From assembly GCA_963714015.1 (NCBI GenBank), contig OY970223.1:1440001-1504000 (forward strand): 64,000 bases of DNA. The letters run 5' to 3'. The notes beneath the pieces were generated by a model. It was not told where the DNA came from, ran no database searches, and saw only the letters and a program-made list of their open reading frames with translations. The stretch is from Vulcanimicrobiota bacterium. GTDB taxonomy: Bacteria > Vulcanimicrobiota > Vulcanimicrobiia > Vulcanimicrobiales > Vulcanimicrobiaceae. The translations under genes and the position numbers were made by a program. Position 1 is the first letter of the stretch; each line of letters opens with the position of its first letter. Shown here piece by piece: positions 28,335 through 38,851 of the stretch.

Positions 28335-30851
28335 ATGAGAGTGGAGGAATCGGGGCACCGGCCGTTCGCGTTGCCTGGCGCTTCGGCGCGCTACGGTCCG
28401 GACAAACTGGTCGACGTCGTCCACATCGATCTGCACCTCGTTCCCGATCTGGACAACGCCATTCTGGACGGTATATGCACCACCACCGTTCAAGCGCTGG
28501 ACGAAGCGGTTTCCTCACTGGTGCTCGACGCGGTAGACTTTGAAGTAAAATCGGTCGAGCGCGACGGCAAAGCGCTGCGGTTCACTCGACGCGCCCGTGC
28601 GTTGGAGGTTTTTTTCGATCCGGCACTGCAGCCCGAAGAGCGGACGACGTTTGCCGTAACGTACCGCGTCACCGAGCCGCGCCACGGCCTGTTCTTCATC
28701 CGGCCGAACCCTGAGTATCCCAACCGCGTAACGCACGTCTGGACCCAAAGCCAAGACGAGAATGCGCGGTATTGGTTTCCTTGCCTGGACTATCCGCACG
28801 AGAAGCAGACGACGTCGGCGACGATCGTCGTGCCCGAAGGTACCTTTGCGCTCTCGAACGGCGCGCTCGTCGAAAAGCGCACGGAAAACGGCAAGACGAG
28901 CTTCGCGTACCGTCAGGACGTGCCGCACTCTACGTATCTCACGACCATGGTCGCCGGACCGTTCGTAGAGATTCAGCAACCATCGGCCGGAAAGACGCCG
29001 GTATTCTATTACGTGCTTCCGGGAAGAGAAGCCGATGGCGCGCGCGCGTTCGGCAAGACGCCAGAAATGATCGAAATTTTCGAAGAACGGCTCCAATACC
29101 CGTATCCTTACGCGCGGTACTCACAGATCGCAGTCAGCGATTTCATCTTCGGCGGCATGGAGAATACGTCGGCGACCACCCAGACGGACAGAACGCTTCA
29201 CGACGAGCGCGCCCAGCTGGATTTCTCGAGCGACCCGCTGGTCTCACACGAGCTGGCGCATCAGTGGTTCGGCGATCTGCTGACGACGCGCGATTGGGCT
29301 CATGCTTGGCTCAACGAAGGCTTTGCAACGTTCTTCGAGATGGTTTTTCGCGAAGCGGCTCTCGGCCAAGACGAATATCTCTATGACGTATTCGGATGTC
29401 TCGAGCGCTATTTGGAAGAAGACGCCGGCCGCTATCGCCGGCCGATCGTCTGCAACCAGTTCCGCGATCCGATCGAGTTGTTCGACCGGCATCTGTACGA
29501 AAAGGGCGGTGCCGTCCTCCACATGCTGAGGGGCGAACTCGGCGAGTCGCGGTTCTGGCGTTCGATTCGGCGATACGTGCGTGACAACGCCGAGCGCAGC
29601 GTCGAGACGATCGATCTGATTCGCGCAATCGAGTCGGCGACGGGGCGGAATATGCGCGCGTTCTTCGATCAATGGGTCTTTCGCGGCGGGCACCCGCAGT
29701 TGACGATAGCGGCCTCTTACGATGCGAAACTGCGGACCGCCACGGTAACGATCGATCAAAAGCAGCACGCTGAGGCCGATTGCGCGCCGTTTCAGTTCGA
29801 AGTGGACCTAGCGTTCCGGCCCGCGGGTGACGCGCAAGCCGAACGGCGAATTCGCGCGCGCATCGAGCGCACGCACGAGACCGTTACGGTGCCGCTCGAT
29901 TTCGAGCCGGCGCTGGTCCGGTTCGATCCGGGCGCATTCATTCTGGCTGACGTTACGTACGCTCTGGGCACCGAGTTTGCGGCCGCAGCACTCGGCGCTG
30001 ATCCCAGCGTCGTGGCTCGGATCCGTGCGGGACGCGAACTCGCCAAGGATGGCTCCGCGGCGGCGCGTGAGGCGATCGCCGCAGCGTTCCGCGAAGAGCA
30101 ATTTTGGGGCGTTCTGGCAGATTTGGCTTCGGCGGTCGGTAAGACGCGATCTTCGTGGGCGCGCGAGATCCTCGTTGCGGCCGTCGGGCATCGGCATCCC
30201 AAGGTTCGCCGCGCCGCAGCTGCGGCACTCGGAAACTTCAAAGACGAAAGCGCGGCACAAGCGCTCATTGCTCCGGCAAAGAGCGATGCTTCGTACTTCG
30301 TGCAGTCCGCCGCGCTGCACGCGCTGGGGAAAACGAAAGGTGCTTCGGCATTCGACGTGCTCTCTGCGGCGCTCGGCGCGCGGACTTGGAACAGCGTGGT
30401 CGAGGCCGGAGCCGCATACGGGTTAGGCGAGTTGGGAGATGTCCGCGCCACTTCGCTGCTCATCGAGGCAGCCAAGCCGGGCCACGAAGAGGCGTTGCGC
30501 CGGGCGGCCCTAGCGTCACTCGCGCGGACCGCCGAATTGCTCGAGCCGGAGCGCACGGCGGCTGTGGAGGCGATCTCCGCCCGTTTAGACGATCCGATGT
30601 TTCTCGTTCAGCGCGCGGCGATTCATGCGGCCGAACAACTTGCGGATGCGCGATTCCTTCCGCCGCTGGATCGGCTCGGAACCTCGGCCTTCGACGGGCG
30701 GATTCGACGCGATTCCACCGAAGCCGCGATTCGTATCCGTGAATCTCAAAAGGTCCCCGCGCAAGTCACCGGACTTCGGTCCGATCTCGATGCCCTACGT
30801 GAAGAGCAGCGCAAACTTCAGGACAAGATCGAGGCAATCGCGCGCACGTAG
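28335..30851 (+). CDS. Cytoplasmic M1 aminopeptidase (PepN-like) with HEAT repeats and a C-terminal coiled coil
   Basis: GGMEN, HELAHQWFGD...WLNEG and YEKGG; HEAT repeats; no signal peptide. Confidence 0.93.
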   Translation: MRVEESGHRPFALPGASARYGPDKLVDVVHIDLHLVPDLDNAILDGICTTTVQALDEAVSSLVLDAVDFEVKSVERDGKALRFTRRARALEVFFDPALQPEERTTFAVTYRVTEPRHGLFFIRPNPEYPNRVTHVWTQSQDENARYWFPCLDYPHEKQTTSATIVVPEGTFALSNGALVEKRTENGKTSFAYRQDVPHSTYLTTMVAGPFVEIQQPSAGKTPVFYYVLPGREADGARAFGKTPEMIEIFEERLQYPYPYARYSQIAVSDFIFGGMENTSATTQTDRTLHDERAQLDFSSDPLVSHELAHQWFGDLLTTRDWAHAWLNEGFATFFEMVFREAALGQDEYLYDVFGCLERYLEEDAGRYRRPIVCNQFRDPIELFDRHLYEKGGAVLHMLRGELGESRFWRSIRRYVRDNAERSVETIDLIRAIESATGRNMRAFFDQWVFRGGHPQLTIAASYDAKLRTATVTIDQKQHAEADCAPFQFEVDLAFRPAGDAQAERRIRARIERTHETVTVPLDFEPALVRFDPGAFILADVTYALGTEFAAAALGADPSVVARIRAGRELAKDGSAAAREAIAAAFREEQFWGVLADLASAVGKTRSSWAREILVAAVGHRHPKVRRAAAAALGNFKDESAAQALIAPAKSDASYFVQSAALHALGKTKGASAFDVLSAALGARTWNSVVEAGAAYGLGELGDVRATSLLIEAAKPGHEEALRRAALASLARTAELLEPERTAAVEAISARLDDPMFLVQRAAIHAAEQLADARFLPPLDRLGTSAFDGRIRRDSTEAAIRIRESQKVPAQVTGLRSDLDALREEQRKLQDKIEAIART

Positions 30852-32343
30852 GCGGCGACGCGTTGCTGCGGTGCTGGTGGTTCTGGCCGTAGCAATTTCC
30901 GCAGCTGCGGTTCTGCTGCGTCCACGGGCGCACGCCGACGCCTTTATCGCTCGATTGCCCCGGCCGGCCCACACCGGCGCGATCCTCGTTCGGCGAGGAC
31001 CGGCGCCGCACTGGGGACAGGCGTCGCGCACGGAACTCGACGCCGCATTGCAGTCGGCGCTCGGCCCCGCACTCTCCGGCGCGCGCGATTGGAGCCTCGC
31101 GGTTATCGCGCAAGACGGAACGCTGCTTTACTCCAATCGCTCGCAAGACGCCGTGGAACCGGCTTCATCGCAGAAGCTCATCGTAACGGACGCGTCGCTG
31201 GGAGAGCTCGGACCGCAGTATCGTTTCGACACGATGCTTGCGGCGAGTGAGCCGCCGTCCGGCGGAATCGTCAGCGGCGATCTGTGGCTTGCGGGTTCGG
31301 GCGATCCGTCGCTCCGAAGTACGGACCTGAACGCGGGCGCCGCAGTGCTGCGCAAAGCCGGTATCACTCGCATCGACGGGCGCGTCGTCGTCGACGCAAG
31401 CTCGATCGCCGGCGAAGAGATTAACCCGCTGTGGAATGCGGACGATTCGAACGAAGACTTCATGAGTCCGACCAGCGGAATCTCCATTGACGAAGACACC
31501 GTCGAGTTCGACGTTACCGGGACCACGCCCGGCGATCCCGCGCACGTGCGGGTGGTGCCGCCGAGCTCGGACGTGAAATATTACGGAAGCGTCTTGACCG
31601 CAGACGGCGACGACGTCATCGTCGCGGGAACCGAGACGCCGAACTTGTTCCGGCTGGACGGTTCCATTCCGGCCGGAGTGCAAGAGAAGTTCTGGGTTCC
31701 GGTCCACGGCATTGCGCAGTATGCCGGTTCGGTAACCGATACCATCCTTCGACGCGACGGCATTGCGTTTGGGCAGCCTGCAACGACCGGAACGGTCCCG
31801 GTGGACGCTCGCATTCTCTGGCTGCACCGCTCGCAGCCGCTTCGGGTCCTGCTGCATCACATGCTCGTCGACTCGGACAATCACTTTGCCGAACAGTTGA
31901 TGCGAACGCTGGGCGGCGACAGCGGCGGCACACCGAACGACGCAGGCGGTCTGGCGGTCGAACGCAGCATTTTGGCATCACAAAAGATTCCGACGCCGGG
32001 TCTTCATCTCGTCGACGGCAGCGGTCTCGCGCACGCCGACCGCGTGGCCTCGATCACGCTGGCGCGAATCCTGGCTCGCTTCGACGCGGACCCCCGAGGT
32101 AACGAACTGTATCGGCTGCTGCCGCGCGGGGGCAAAGACGGGACGCTGAAGATGTATCATTTTGAGGGCGCGGCGGGACGCGTACGGGCCAAGAGCGGCC
32201 ATTTGAGCGATGCCGCTTCGCTGGCGGGGTACGTTGAAACGAGACGGCACGGGCGAGTCGTCTTCGCGTTCATGATTAACGGATCGCCCGGGGATCCCGA
32301 TGCGGCGATAGTTTCGGCCGTCGATCGAATCGCGGAACGATAG
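30790..32343 (+). CDS. dacB: D-alanyl-D-alanine carboxypeptidase/endopeptidase (PBP4, S13 family); start uncertain
   Basis: PASSQK (SxxK), GSGDP, SDN (SxN), DGSGL and AKSG; N-terminal hydrophobic anchor. Confidence 0.92.
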   Translation: MPYVKSSANFRTRSRQSRARRRRRVAAVLVVLAVAISAAAVLLRPRAHADAFIARLPRPAHTGAILVRRGPAPHWGQASRTELDAALQSALGPALSGARDWSLAVIAQDGTLLYSNRSQDAVEPASSQKLIVTDASLGELGPQYRFDTMLAASEPPSGGIVSGDLWLAGSGDPSLRSTDLNAGAAVLRKAGITRIDGRVVVDASSIAGEEINPLWNADDSNEDFMSPTSGISIDEDTVEFDVTGTTPGDPAHVRVVPPSSDVKYYGSVLTADGDDVIVAGTETPNLFRLDGSIPAGVQEKFWVPVHGIAQYAGSVTDTILRRDGIAFGQPATTGTVPVDARILWLHRSQPLRVLLHHMLVDSDNHFAEQLMRTLGGDSGGTPNDAGGLAVERSILASQKIPTPGLHLVDGSGLAHADRVASITLARILARFDADPRGNELYRLLPRGGKDGTLKMYHFEGAAGRVRAKSGHLSDAASLAGYVETRRHGRVVFAFMINGSPGDPDAAIVSAVDRIAER

Positions 32344-32356
32344 CTTTAGGAGAGTA

Positions 32357-33751
32357 ATGCTCGATCGACAAACGCTCGAACGCCTCGTTTCGATTGCGCT
32401 CCGGCGCGGAGGCCACTATGCCGACGTGTTCTGCGAACGCAAGCTCGTTACGTCGTTCCGGCTTCAGTCCGGACACATTCACGAAAGCGCGCTCAGCGTC
32501 ACGCAAGGGGTCGGCGTGCGCGTCATCGTGGGTGAATCCGCCGGATACGCATACTCGGACGATCTTTCGATCGAAGCGCTCGAAGAAGCGGCGCGCGTCG
32601 CATCACTGATCGCTCGGGAAAACTCGGACGGCATGCACAGTGTGGAGATCGCTCGCAAGGACGTCGCTTCGTTCTACGACAGCGCTCGTCGCGAGCACGC
32701 GCCCCCAGATGAATACGTCCGGCTGCTCGAGCGCGCCGACGCCGCCGCCCGGGGATATCATCCGCGAGTAACCGCGGTGAACGCGCACGTTTCGGACGAG
32801 TTGCAGGACGTCTGGATCGCGACGAGCGACGGAAGATGGCTGCACGATCACCGGCCCCTGATTTCGTTCGGTGTTCAGGTCGTTACATCGAAAAACCACG
32901 AGCGCGCTCAAGGATACGTCGGCGACGGCGGCCGCACGTCGATAGCGTTTTATGATGCGCGCACGCCCGAATCGATCGCGTGTGAGGCCGCTTCGATCGC
33001 CGCCACTAATTTGGAGGCGGTTCCTGCGCCGGCGGGCGAGATGGAAATGATCGTCGGCAGCGGCGGCGGCGGCGTGCTGCTGCACGAGGCGGTCGGACAC
33101 GGATTGGAGAGCGACTTCAATCGTCAGGGCGTCTCCCTCTACAGCGGGCGCATCGGCGAGCGCGTCGCAAGCGAATTGGTAACGATCTACGACGACGGCA
33201 ATCTCCCCGGCGAGCGCGGCAGTATCTCGATTGACGACGAAGGCAACCCGGGCAGCCACAAAGTGCTCGTCGAGCGCGGCGTGCTGCGCGGATACATGCA
33301 GGATCACCTCAACGCGCAACTGATGGGCGTGCAGTCGACCGGAAACGGGCGGCGTCAGTCGTTCCGCGTTTTACCCCAGCCTCGGATGTGCAACACGCAC
33401 ATGCCCAGCGGCCAGTCGTCCGTCGACGAAATCATCGCAAGCACCAAGCGCGGAATTTACGCCAAGTCGTTTGCAGGCGGTCAAGTGGAGATCAGCCGGG
33501 GCGACTTCGTTTTCATGGTGGCCGAAGGCTACCTGATAGAAGACGGTAAGGTGACCGCGCCCGTAAAAAACGCGACTATCGTGGGCAATGGCCCAGACGT
33601 CATGACCAAGGTCGTCGCGGTGGGCAACGATAGCCGTCTTGCAAACCGTCACTACACATGCGGAAAGGGCGGTCAATACGTTCCCGTCGGCGTCGGAATG
33701 CCCACGGTGAAGATCGCCTCGATTACCGTCGGCGGATCCCATGTCGAGTGA
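32357..33751 (+). CDS. tldD: TldD metalloprotease
   Basis: HEAVGHGLE, DDEG, GNGRR..PRM.NT and CGKGGQ.VPV. Confidence 0.95.
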   Translation: MLDRQTLERLVSIALRRGGHYADVFCERKLVTSFRLQSGHIHESALSVTQGVGVRVIVGESAGYAYSDDLSIEALEEAARVASLIARENSDGMHSVEIARKDVASFYDSARREHAPPDEYVRLLERADAAARGYHPRVTAVNAHVSDELQDVWIATSDGRWLHDHRPLISFGVQVVTSKNHERAQGYVGDGGRTSIAFYDARTPESIACEAASIAATNLEAVPAPAGEMEMIVGSGGGGVLLHEAVGHGLESDFNRQGVSLYSGRIGERVASELVTIYDDGNLPGERGSISIDDEGNPGSHKVLVERGVLRGYMQDHLNAQLMGVQSTGNGRRQSFRVLPQPRMCNTHMPSGQSSVDEIIASTKRGIYAKSFAGGQVEISRGDFVFMVAEGYLIEDGKVTAPVKNATIVGNGPDVMTKVVAVGNDSRLANRHYTCGKGGQYVPVGVGMPTVKIASITVGGSHVE

Positions 33752-35093
33752 AATGAGCGCATCTCAGGCACTCGAATTCGGACAAGCGGCCGTCGATCGC
33801 GCGCTGCAAGCCGGAGCCTCGCAAGCGGAAGCGGAAATTTCGATCAGCCGGCGATTCTCGACCGAGGCGCGCGACGCCACGATAACCAAACTGGAGCAAT
33901 CCACGGGGAAATCGCTTCACGTTCGCGTCTTCGCGCAAGGCCGAAAGGTATCGCTCATCACCACCGACTTCGAAATGCAGCACGTTTACGATTCCATCGA
34001 AGCGGCGGTCACGCAGGCTAGGCACGTTGCCGCGGATCCATTTTCGGCGTTGCCCGAGGCGCAGCAAAGGCATCCGATGGACGAGTTGGATCTCGAGCTT
34101 TACTCCGGTGACGTGGCAGAGCGGGAAGCACAGTCGAAGATCGACGAAGCGCTCGACATGGAGCGGCGAATCCGCGCCGGCGATGCGCGCGTGACGAACA
34201 GCAACGGCGCACATGTCGGCGACACCATCGGCACGGTAGCTCTCGTCAATTCCAACGGATTCTCCGGCGCGTATCGCTCGACTCGAGTTCATCGTTCCGT
34301 AAGTCCCGTGGCGTTGGACGGCCGGAACAAGCGGACGGGTTCCTACGGAACGGCGGCCCGCCGGTTGACCGATCTCGAAGATCCGGACGTCGTGGCCAAC
34401 AAAGCGGTCACGCGCACGGTGAGCCTTTTCGGCGCCCGCAAACCGGCGACCATGCGGGTTCCGGTGATTTTCGAACGTGACGTCGCCGCATCGGTGCTCT
34501 CCGACTTGTTTTCTGCCGCAAATGCCGCGAACGTCGCGATCGGAAATTCCTGGCTTGCGGAGCGGGCGGGAGAGGTCATCGGGAGCGAACTCGTAACGAT
34601 TGTCGACGACGGGATTCTGCCGGGACTGCTGGGCACCGCGCCCTTCGACGGGGAGGGCGTTCGCACTCGCAGAACGGTAGTCTTCGAACGCGGTGTTTTT
34701 CGAACTTTTCTTTACGACACGTACTATGCGCGCAAGCTGGGAGCCGAGTCTACGGCAAACTCGACCGGCGGCGGCATCGGCCCAAACAACTTTTACTTCG
34801 CTCCCGGCAAATCGACGCTCGACCAGCTCGTCGAGCAAACGGCCCGCGGGATCCTGGTTATAGACACGATCGGTTTTGCTACCGAGCACGCCAGCGGTAC
34901 CTACAGCCGCGGCGCGCGCGGTTTTTACATCGAGAACGGCGAAGTCGCCTATCCCGTGGAAGAATTCACAATCGCCGGTACGTTCGCCGAGATGCTTGCA
35001 GGCGTCGACGCGGTCGCAAACGATCTGCGTTTCGACGCGGGCGTCGTATCGCCGTCATTCCGCGTCGCCGAGATGACCGTTAGCGGCGAATGA
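33741..35093 (+). CDS. pmbA: PmbA/TldE protein
   Basis: PFDGEG, GTYSRGARGFYIENGE and TIAG; lacks HExxH; overlaps tldD. Confidence 0.92.
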   Translation: MSSEMSASQALEFGQAAVDRALQAGASQAEAEISISRRFSTEARDATITKLEQSTGKSLHVRVFAQGRKVSLITTDFEMQHVYDSIEAAVTQARHVAADPFSALPEAQQRHPMDELDLELYSGDVAEREAQSKIDEALDMERRIRAGDARVTNSNGAHVGDTIGTVALVNSNGFSGAYRSTRVHRSVSPVALDGRNKRTGSYGTAARRLTDLEDPDVVANKAVTRTVSLFGARKPATMRVPVIFERDVAASVLSDLFSAANAANVAIGNSWLAERAGEVIGSELVTIVDDGILPGLLGTAPFDGEGVRTRRTVVFERGVFRTFLYDTYYARKLGAESTANSTGGGIGPNNFYFAPGKSTLDQLVEQTARGILVIDTIGFATEHASGTYSRGARGFYIENGEVAYPVEEFTIAGTFAEMLAGVDAVANDLRFDAGVVSPSFRVAEMTVSGE

Positions 35094-35136
35094 CACGAAC
35101 GAGACACACGAGGCTGGACGGAGCGCCCTTTTAACG

Positions 35137-36573
35137 ATGGTCAACATTAGTTTCACTCTCATAATGCGGATCGAGATGCCCAACAGTCCCGGCGCTTTCA
35201 ATCAGGTCGCTTCGGCGATTGGTGACGCAGGCGGAGTGATTGCGGCGGTAGACATGCGTTCGGTCAGCAAAACCAGCGTGGTGCGCGACTTCACCGTAAA
35301 CGTCAGCTCCGACGTCGTAGGAAAAAACGTCCGAGACGCGGTCGAAGGGCTCGAAGGCATCACCGTCATCAGCGCATCCGACAGCACGTTCCTGGCGCAT
35401 TTGGGCGGCAAGATACAAGTTGAGCCGAAGATCCCCGTCAAGACGCGGCAAGACCTCTCCACGGTCTACACGCCCGGCGTCGCGCGCGTCTCGATGGCTA
35501 TTGCCGCAGACCCGGCTAAGGCGTTCAATCTCACGATAAAACGCAACAGCGTCGCAGTGATCTCGGACGGTACCGCGGTGCTCGGTTTGGGGGACATCGG
35601 CCCGCTGGGAGCCCTTCCGGTAATGGAAGGCAAGGCGATGCTCTTCAAACAGTTTGCCGGCATCGATGCGTTTCCGATCTGTTTGGACACCAAAGACGTG
35701 GACGAGATCGTCGAAACCGTCGTTCGCATCGCTCCGGTTTTCGGCGGCATCAATTTGGAAGACATCGCAGCGCCGCGTTGTTTCGAAGTAGAGCGCCGGC
35801 TGATCGAGCAGCTCCAGATTCCGGTGATGCACGACGATCAGCACGGGACGGCCGTCGTGATTTTGGCGGCGCTGATCAACGCTGCGAAGGTCGTCGGCAA
35901 AGAGCTCGCCGATCTGCAGATTGTCGTCGCCGGCAGCGGCGCCGCGGGCACCGCAACGATCAAGATGCTTTTGGGCGCAGGAGTGCGCGACGTCATTCCC
36001 GTGGACCGGGCGGGGGCGATCAACCGCAACGAACGGTACGAAAACTCACATTGGCGTTGGCTGGCCGAAAACACGAATCGCGAGAACCGCCGAGGCGCCC
36101 TCTCCGAGGTGCTCAAAGGCGCGGATGCGTTCATCGGTGTCTCGGCGCCGGGAATTCTACAGCCTGCCGATATCAGCAGCATGGGGCGCGACCCGATCGT
36201 GTTCGCAATGGCTAATCCGACGCCCGAGATCATGCCCGACGTCGCCGCACCGTACGTCGGCGTCATCGCAACCGGGCGCTCGGATTTTCCGAATCAGGTA
36301 AACAACTTGCTGGCGTTTCCGGGGATCTTCCGGGGCGCGCTCGACGCGAGAGCGAGCCGGATCACCGAACGGATGAAGCTCGCGGCTGCGCACGCCATCG
36401 CCTCAATCGTCGGCGAAGACGAACGCAGCGCGGAATACATTATTCCGAGCGTTTTCGACGTGCGGGTCGTCGACGCGGTCGCGAAGGCAGTGGCCTCGGC
36501 AGCGGTCGACGAAGGGGTCGCGCGGCGTCAGCTGGTCTTGTCCGAAGGGGAAGATATCACGGCGGGTACGTAA
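35137..36573 (+). CDS. NAD(P)-dependent malic enzyme with an N-terminal ACT domain
   Basis: YTPGVA, DGTAVLGLG, PVMEGK, INLEDI, HDDQHGT and ATGRSDFPNQVNN. Confidence 0.95.
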   Translation: MVNISFTLIMRIEMPNSPGAFNQVASAIGDAGGVIAAVDMRSVSKTSVVRDFTVNVSSDVVGKNVRDAVEGLEGITVISASDSTFLAHLGGKIQVEPKIPVKTRQDLSTVYTPGVARVSMAIAADPAKAFNLTIKRNSVAVISDGTAVLGLGDIGPLGALPVMEGKAMLFKQFAGIDAFPICLDTKDVDEIVETVVRIAPVFGGINLEDIAAPRCFEVERRLIEQLQIPVMHDDQHGTAVVILAALINAAKVVGKELADLQIVVAGSGAAGTATIKMLLGAGVRDVIPVDRAGAINRNERYENSHWRWLAENTNRENRRGALSEVLKGADAFIGVSAPGILQPADISSMGRDPIVFAMANPTPEIMPDVAAPYVGVIATGRSDFPNQVNNLLAFPGIFRGALDARASRITERMKLAAAHAIASIVGEDERSAEYIIPSVFDVRVVDAVAKAVASAAVDEGVARRQLVLSEGEDITAGT

Positions 36574-36664
36574 CCTATCGTCAATTAACCGGGGACCCCG
36601 CCCGCGAATAGATGGGCGGCGGCGTGAAGCGCTCAGCGCGGATACGCCTGTTTGAAGGAGGCAT

Positions 36665-37357
36665 ATGGCGCAAGCGAAGATCCTGGTCATCGAGGACGAC
36701 GAAGATATCGCAAAGCTCGAGCAGACCGTGCTCGAGCGCGCAGACTATGAAGTCCGCGTTACCGGGAGCGGTGCCGAGGGTTTGGAACTAGCCGACACGT
36801 ACAAACCCGACGTCGTCATCTTGGATATCGGGCTTCCCGACATCTCCGGCTTGGACGTCTGCACGTCGCTTTCGAATTCGAATAATGCGTTCGTGCTCAT
36901 GGTGAGCGGACACTCGCGCGAGCAGGATGTGCTGCTCGGACTAGGTCTGGGAGCCGACGATTATATCACCAAGCCCTTCTCGGGCAACGAACTCGTGGCG
37001 CGCGTTGCGTCCTTCTTGCGGCGCCGTGAGAAGTATCTGCAAAAGAAAGAAGACGCGGGCGTGCTGCAGGTCGGCACCTCGAAGCTCATCCGCGACTTCC
37101 ATACGCTCAATAACGACGGAAAGAACGTCTCGCTTACCGCGCTCGAGTTTCGCCTCTTATGGTTTCTTGCCGAAGCCGAAGGCCGGCTGCTCACTCGCGC
37201 GCAGATTCTGGAACACGTTTGGAACGACACGTCGGGCGTACCCACCCGCGTCGTCGACGTGCACATCGCGGCTCTGCGCAAGAAGTTGACGGAGGTCGGA
37301 GCGCCGGTCGAGATCGCGAGCGTGCGCGGCATTGGCTACCGTCTCGACACGAGATAA
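36665..37357 (+). CDS. OmpR/PhoB-family response regulator
   Basis: IEDD, LDIGLPDISG, GADDYITKPF, VDVHI..LRKK and VRGIGY; AAGGAGG SD. Confidence 0.95.
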   Translation: MAQAKILVIEDDEDIAKLEQTVLERADYEVRVTGSGAEGLELADTYKPDVVILDIGLPDISGLDVCTSLSNSNNAFVLMVSGHSREQDVLLGLGLGADDYITKPFSGNELVARVASFLRRREKYLQKKEDAGVLQVGTSKLIRDFHTLNNDGKNVSLTALEFRLLWFLAEAEGRLLTRAQILEHVWNDTSGVPTRVVDVHIAALRKKLTEVGAPVEIASVRGIGYRLDTR

Positions 37358-38807
37358 CGGCGCGCTTCGGATCGTTCTCGAACCGAGCGATCCGCGGCCG
37401 CTCTACGTCCAAATCGCAGATCAGCTCGTCGAGTCCATTGACGCGGATCGCCTAAGGCCGGGCGACCGTCTCCCGGCAATGCGCGATCTGGCCCGGCGGT
37501 TGGATTGCGCACTCGTCACCGTTTCACAAGCTTACGAACTGCTCACTGCGCGCGGCAGGGCCGTGTCGCGCGTCGGCAAGGGCACCTTCATTGCAGAGCC
37601 TGAGGATCGCAGCAAGCCGTTTGCGCGCCGCTGGGAGCCGGATTTGCCGCGCCTGGCGCGCGCGGAACGCATGGAAGGCGTGATGGAGCAGCTTTTGCGC
37701 GCGACTGCTCCCGGCGCCATCAACCTCGCAAGCGGCCATCCCGCTCCCGAAACGTTTCCGCTTGCGGACTTCGCCCGCGCCTTCCATCGCACGCTGGTGG
37801 AAGATCCCGCCGATCTCATGCAATACCGATCGGCGAGCGGCGATCCGGATCTTTGCGGCTCCCTGAGCGCGCTGCTGCGGACGCGCGGTTGCGCCGCGCA
37901 CTCCGAAGACATCATCGTCTGCTCCGGAGCGCAGCAAGCCGCCGATTTGGTTGCCAACGTCTTACTCGAAGCGCGCAGCGTCGTCGCATCCGAGAGCCCG
38001 ACGTACTCCGGAACGCTCGGCGTTTTCGACGCGCGCGGCGCAACTTACGTTGAGGTTGCGAGCGACGTCGACGGCATCCGTCCGGACGACGTCGAGCGCG
38101 TGTTCAGCGAATACCGCCCGCGACTGCTGTACCTCAATCCAATTGCGCAGAATCCGACCGGCGCGGTTTTGCCGCAGCGCCGCGCGAAGCAGATCGTTGC
38201 GCTCGCCAGACGCTATGACGTGGTCATTCTGGAAGATCAGACGGGCTGGCAGCTCACGTACGATGCGGCGGCGCCGCCGCCGCTTGCCGCATTCGATACG
38301 GACGGCCGCGTCGTGATTATGGAGAGCCTCTCGAAGTCGATCTTTCCCGCGCTGCGCATCGGATATCTCTATTGCAAAGGAACGCTCGCGGAAGCGCTTT
38401 CACTGGCGAAGGCGCGCACCGACGTTTTCACCTCGACCCTCACGCAACGGGCGCTTTGGCGATTCATGAACTCCCCTGCGTACGGGCGACACCTGCGCTC
38501 GGCGCGCGCGCTCTACTTGCAGCGCCGGAACGCGTTCGTGCAAGCGCTCGCGGAGTTCGTCCCCTGGGCGGACGTCCGTCCGCCGGCAGCGGGAATGAAC
38601 GTCTGGCTCGCGCTGCCCGCGCGCCTCTCGACGCAGGCCGCATTTGACGCGTGTGCGCGCCAGGGCGTCTTGGTCATGCCGTGCGATTCGTTCTATCCGA
38701 CGCGAAAAGGACCGCCGGCCGTCCGCCTATCGTTCGGCCATCTGACCCTCGAGGAAAGCCGTGAAGCGGCCCGCCGCCTTGGCGAAGCGCTCAACGGGCT
38801 CCTCTAG
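37332..38807 (+). CDS. MocR/GabR-type GntR regulator fused to a PLP-binding domain
   Basis: PLYVQIA..L, PGDRLP, TVSQAY, GKGTF; QNPTG; SLSK..FPALRIG. Confidence 0.92.
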   Translation: MATVSTRDNGALRIVLEPSDPRPLYVQIADQLVESIDADRLRPGDRLPAMRDLARRLDCALVTVSQAYELLTARGRAVSRVGKGTFIAEPEDRSKPFARRWEPDLPRLARAERMEGVMEQLLRATAPGAINLASGHPAPETFPLADFARAFHRTLVEDPADLMQYRSASGDPDLCGSLSALLRTRGCAAHSEDIIVCSGAQQAADLVANVLLEARSVVASESPTYSGTLGVFDARGATYVEVASDVDGIRPDDVERVFSEYRPRLLYLNPIAQNPTGAVLPQRRAKQIVALARRYDVVILEDQTGWQLTYDAAAPPPLAAFDTDGRVVIMESLSKSIFPALRIGYLYCKGTLAEALSLAKARTDVFTSTLTQRALWRFMNSPAYGRHLRSARALYLQRRNAFVQALAEFVPWADVRPPAAGMNVWLALPARLSTQAAFDACARQGVLVMPCDSFYPTRKGPPAVRLSFGHLTLEESREAARRLGEALNGLL

Positions 38808-38851
38808 CGCGGCGGCAGGGGAGCTTTAGCGGCCGTCAGTATGCGACGCGG

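Noticed and set aside
32357..35093. RiPP cluster around tldD/pmbA
   Set aside because: No precursor peptide, YcaO, radical-SAM or lanthipeptide enzyme is adjacent; the neighbours are dacB and malic enzyme.
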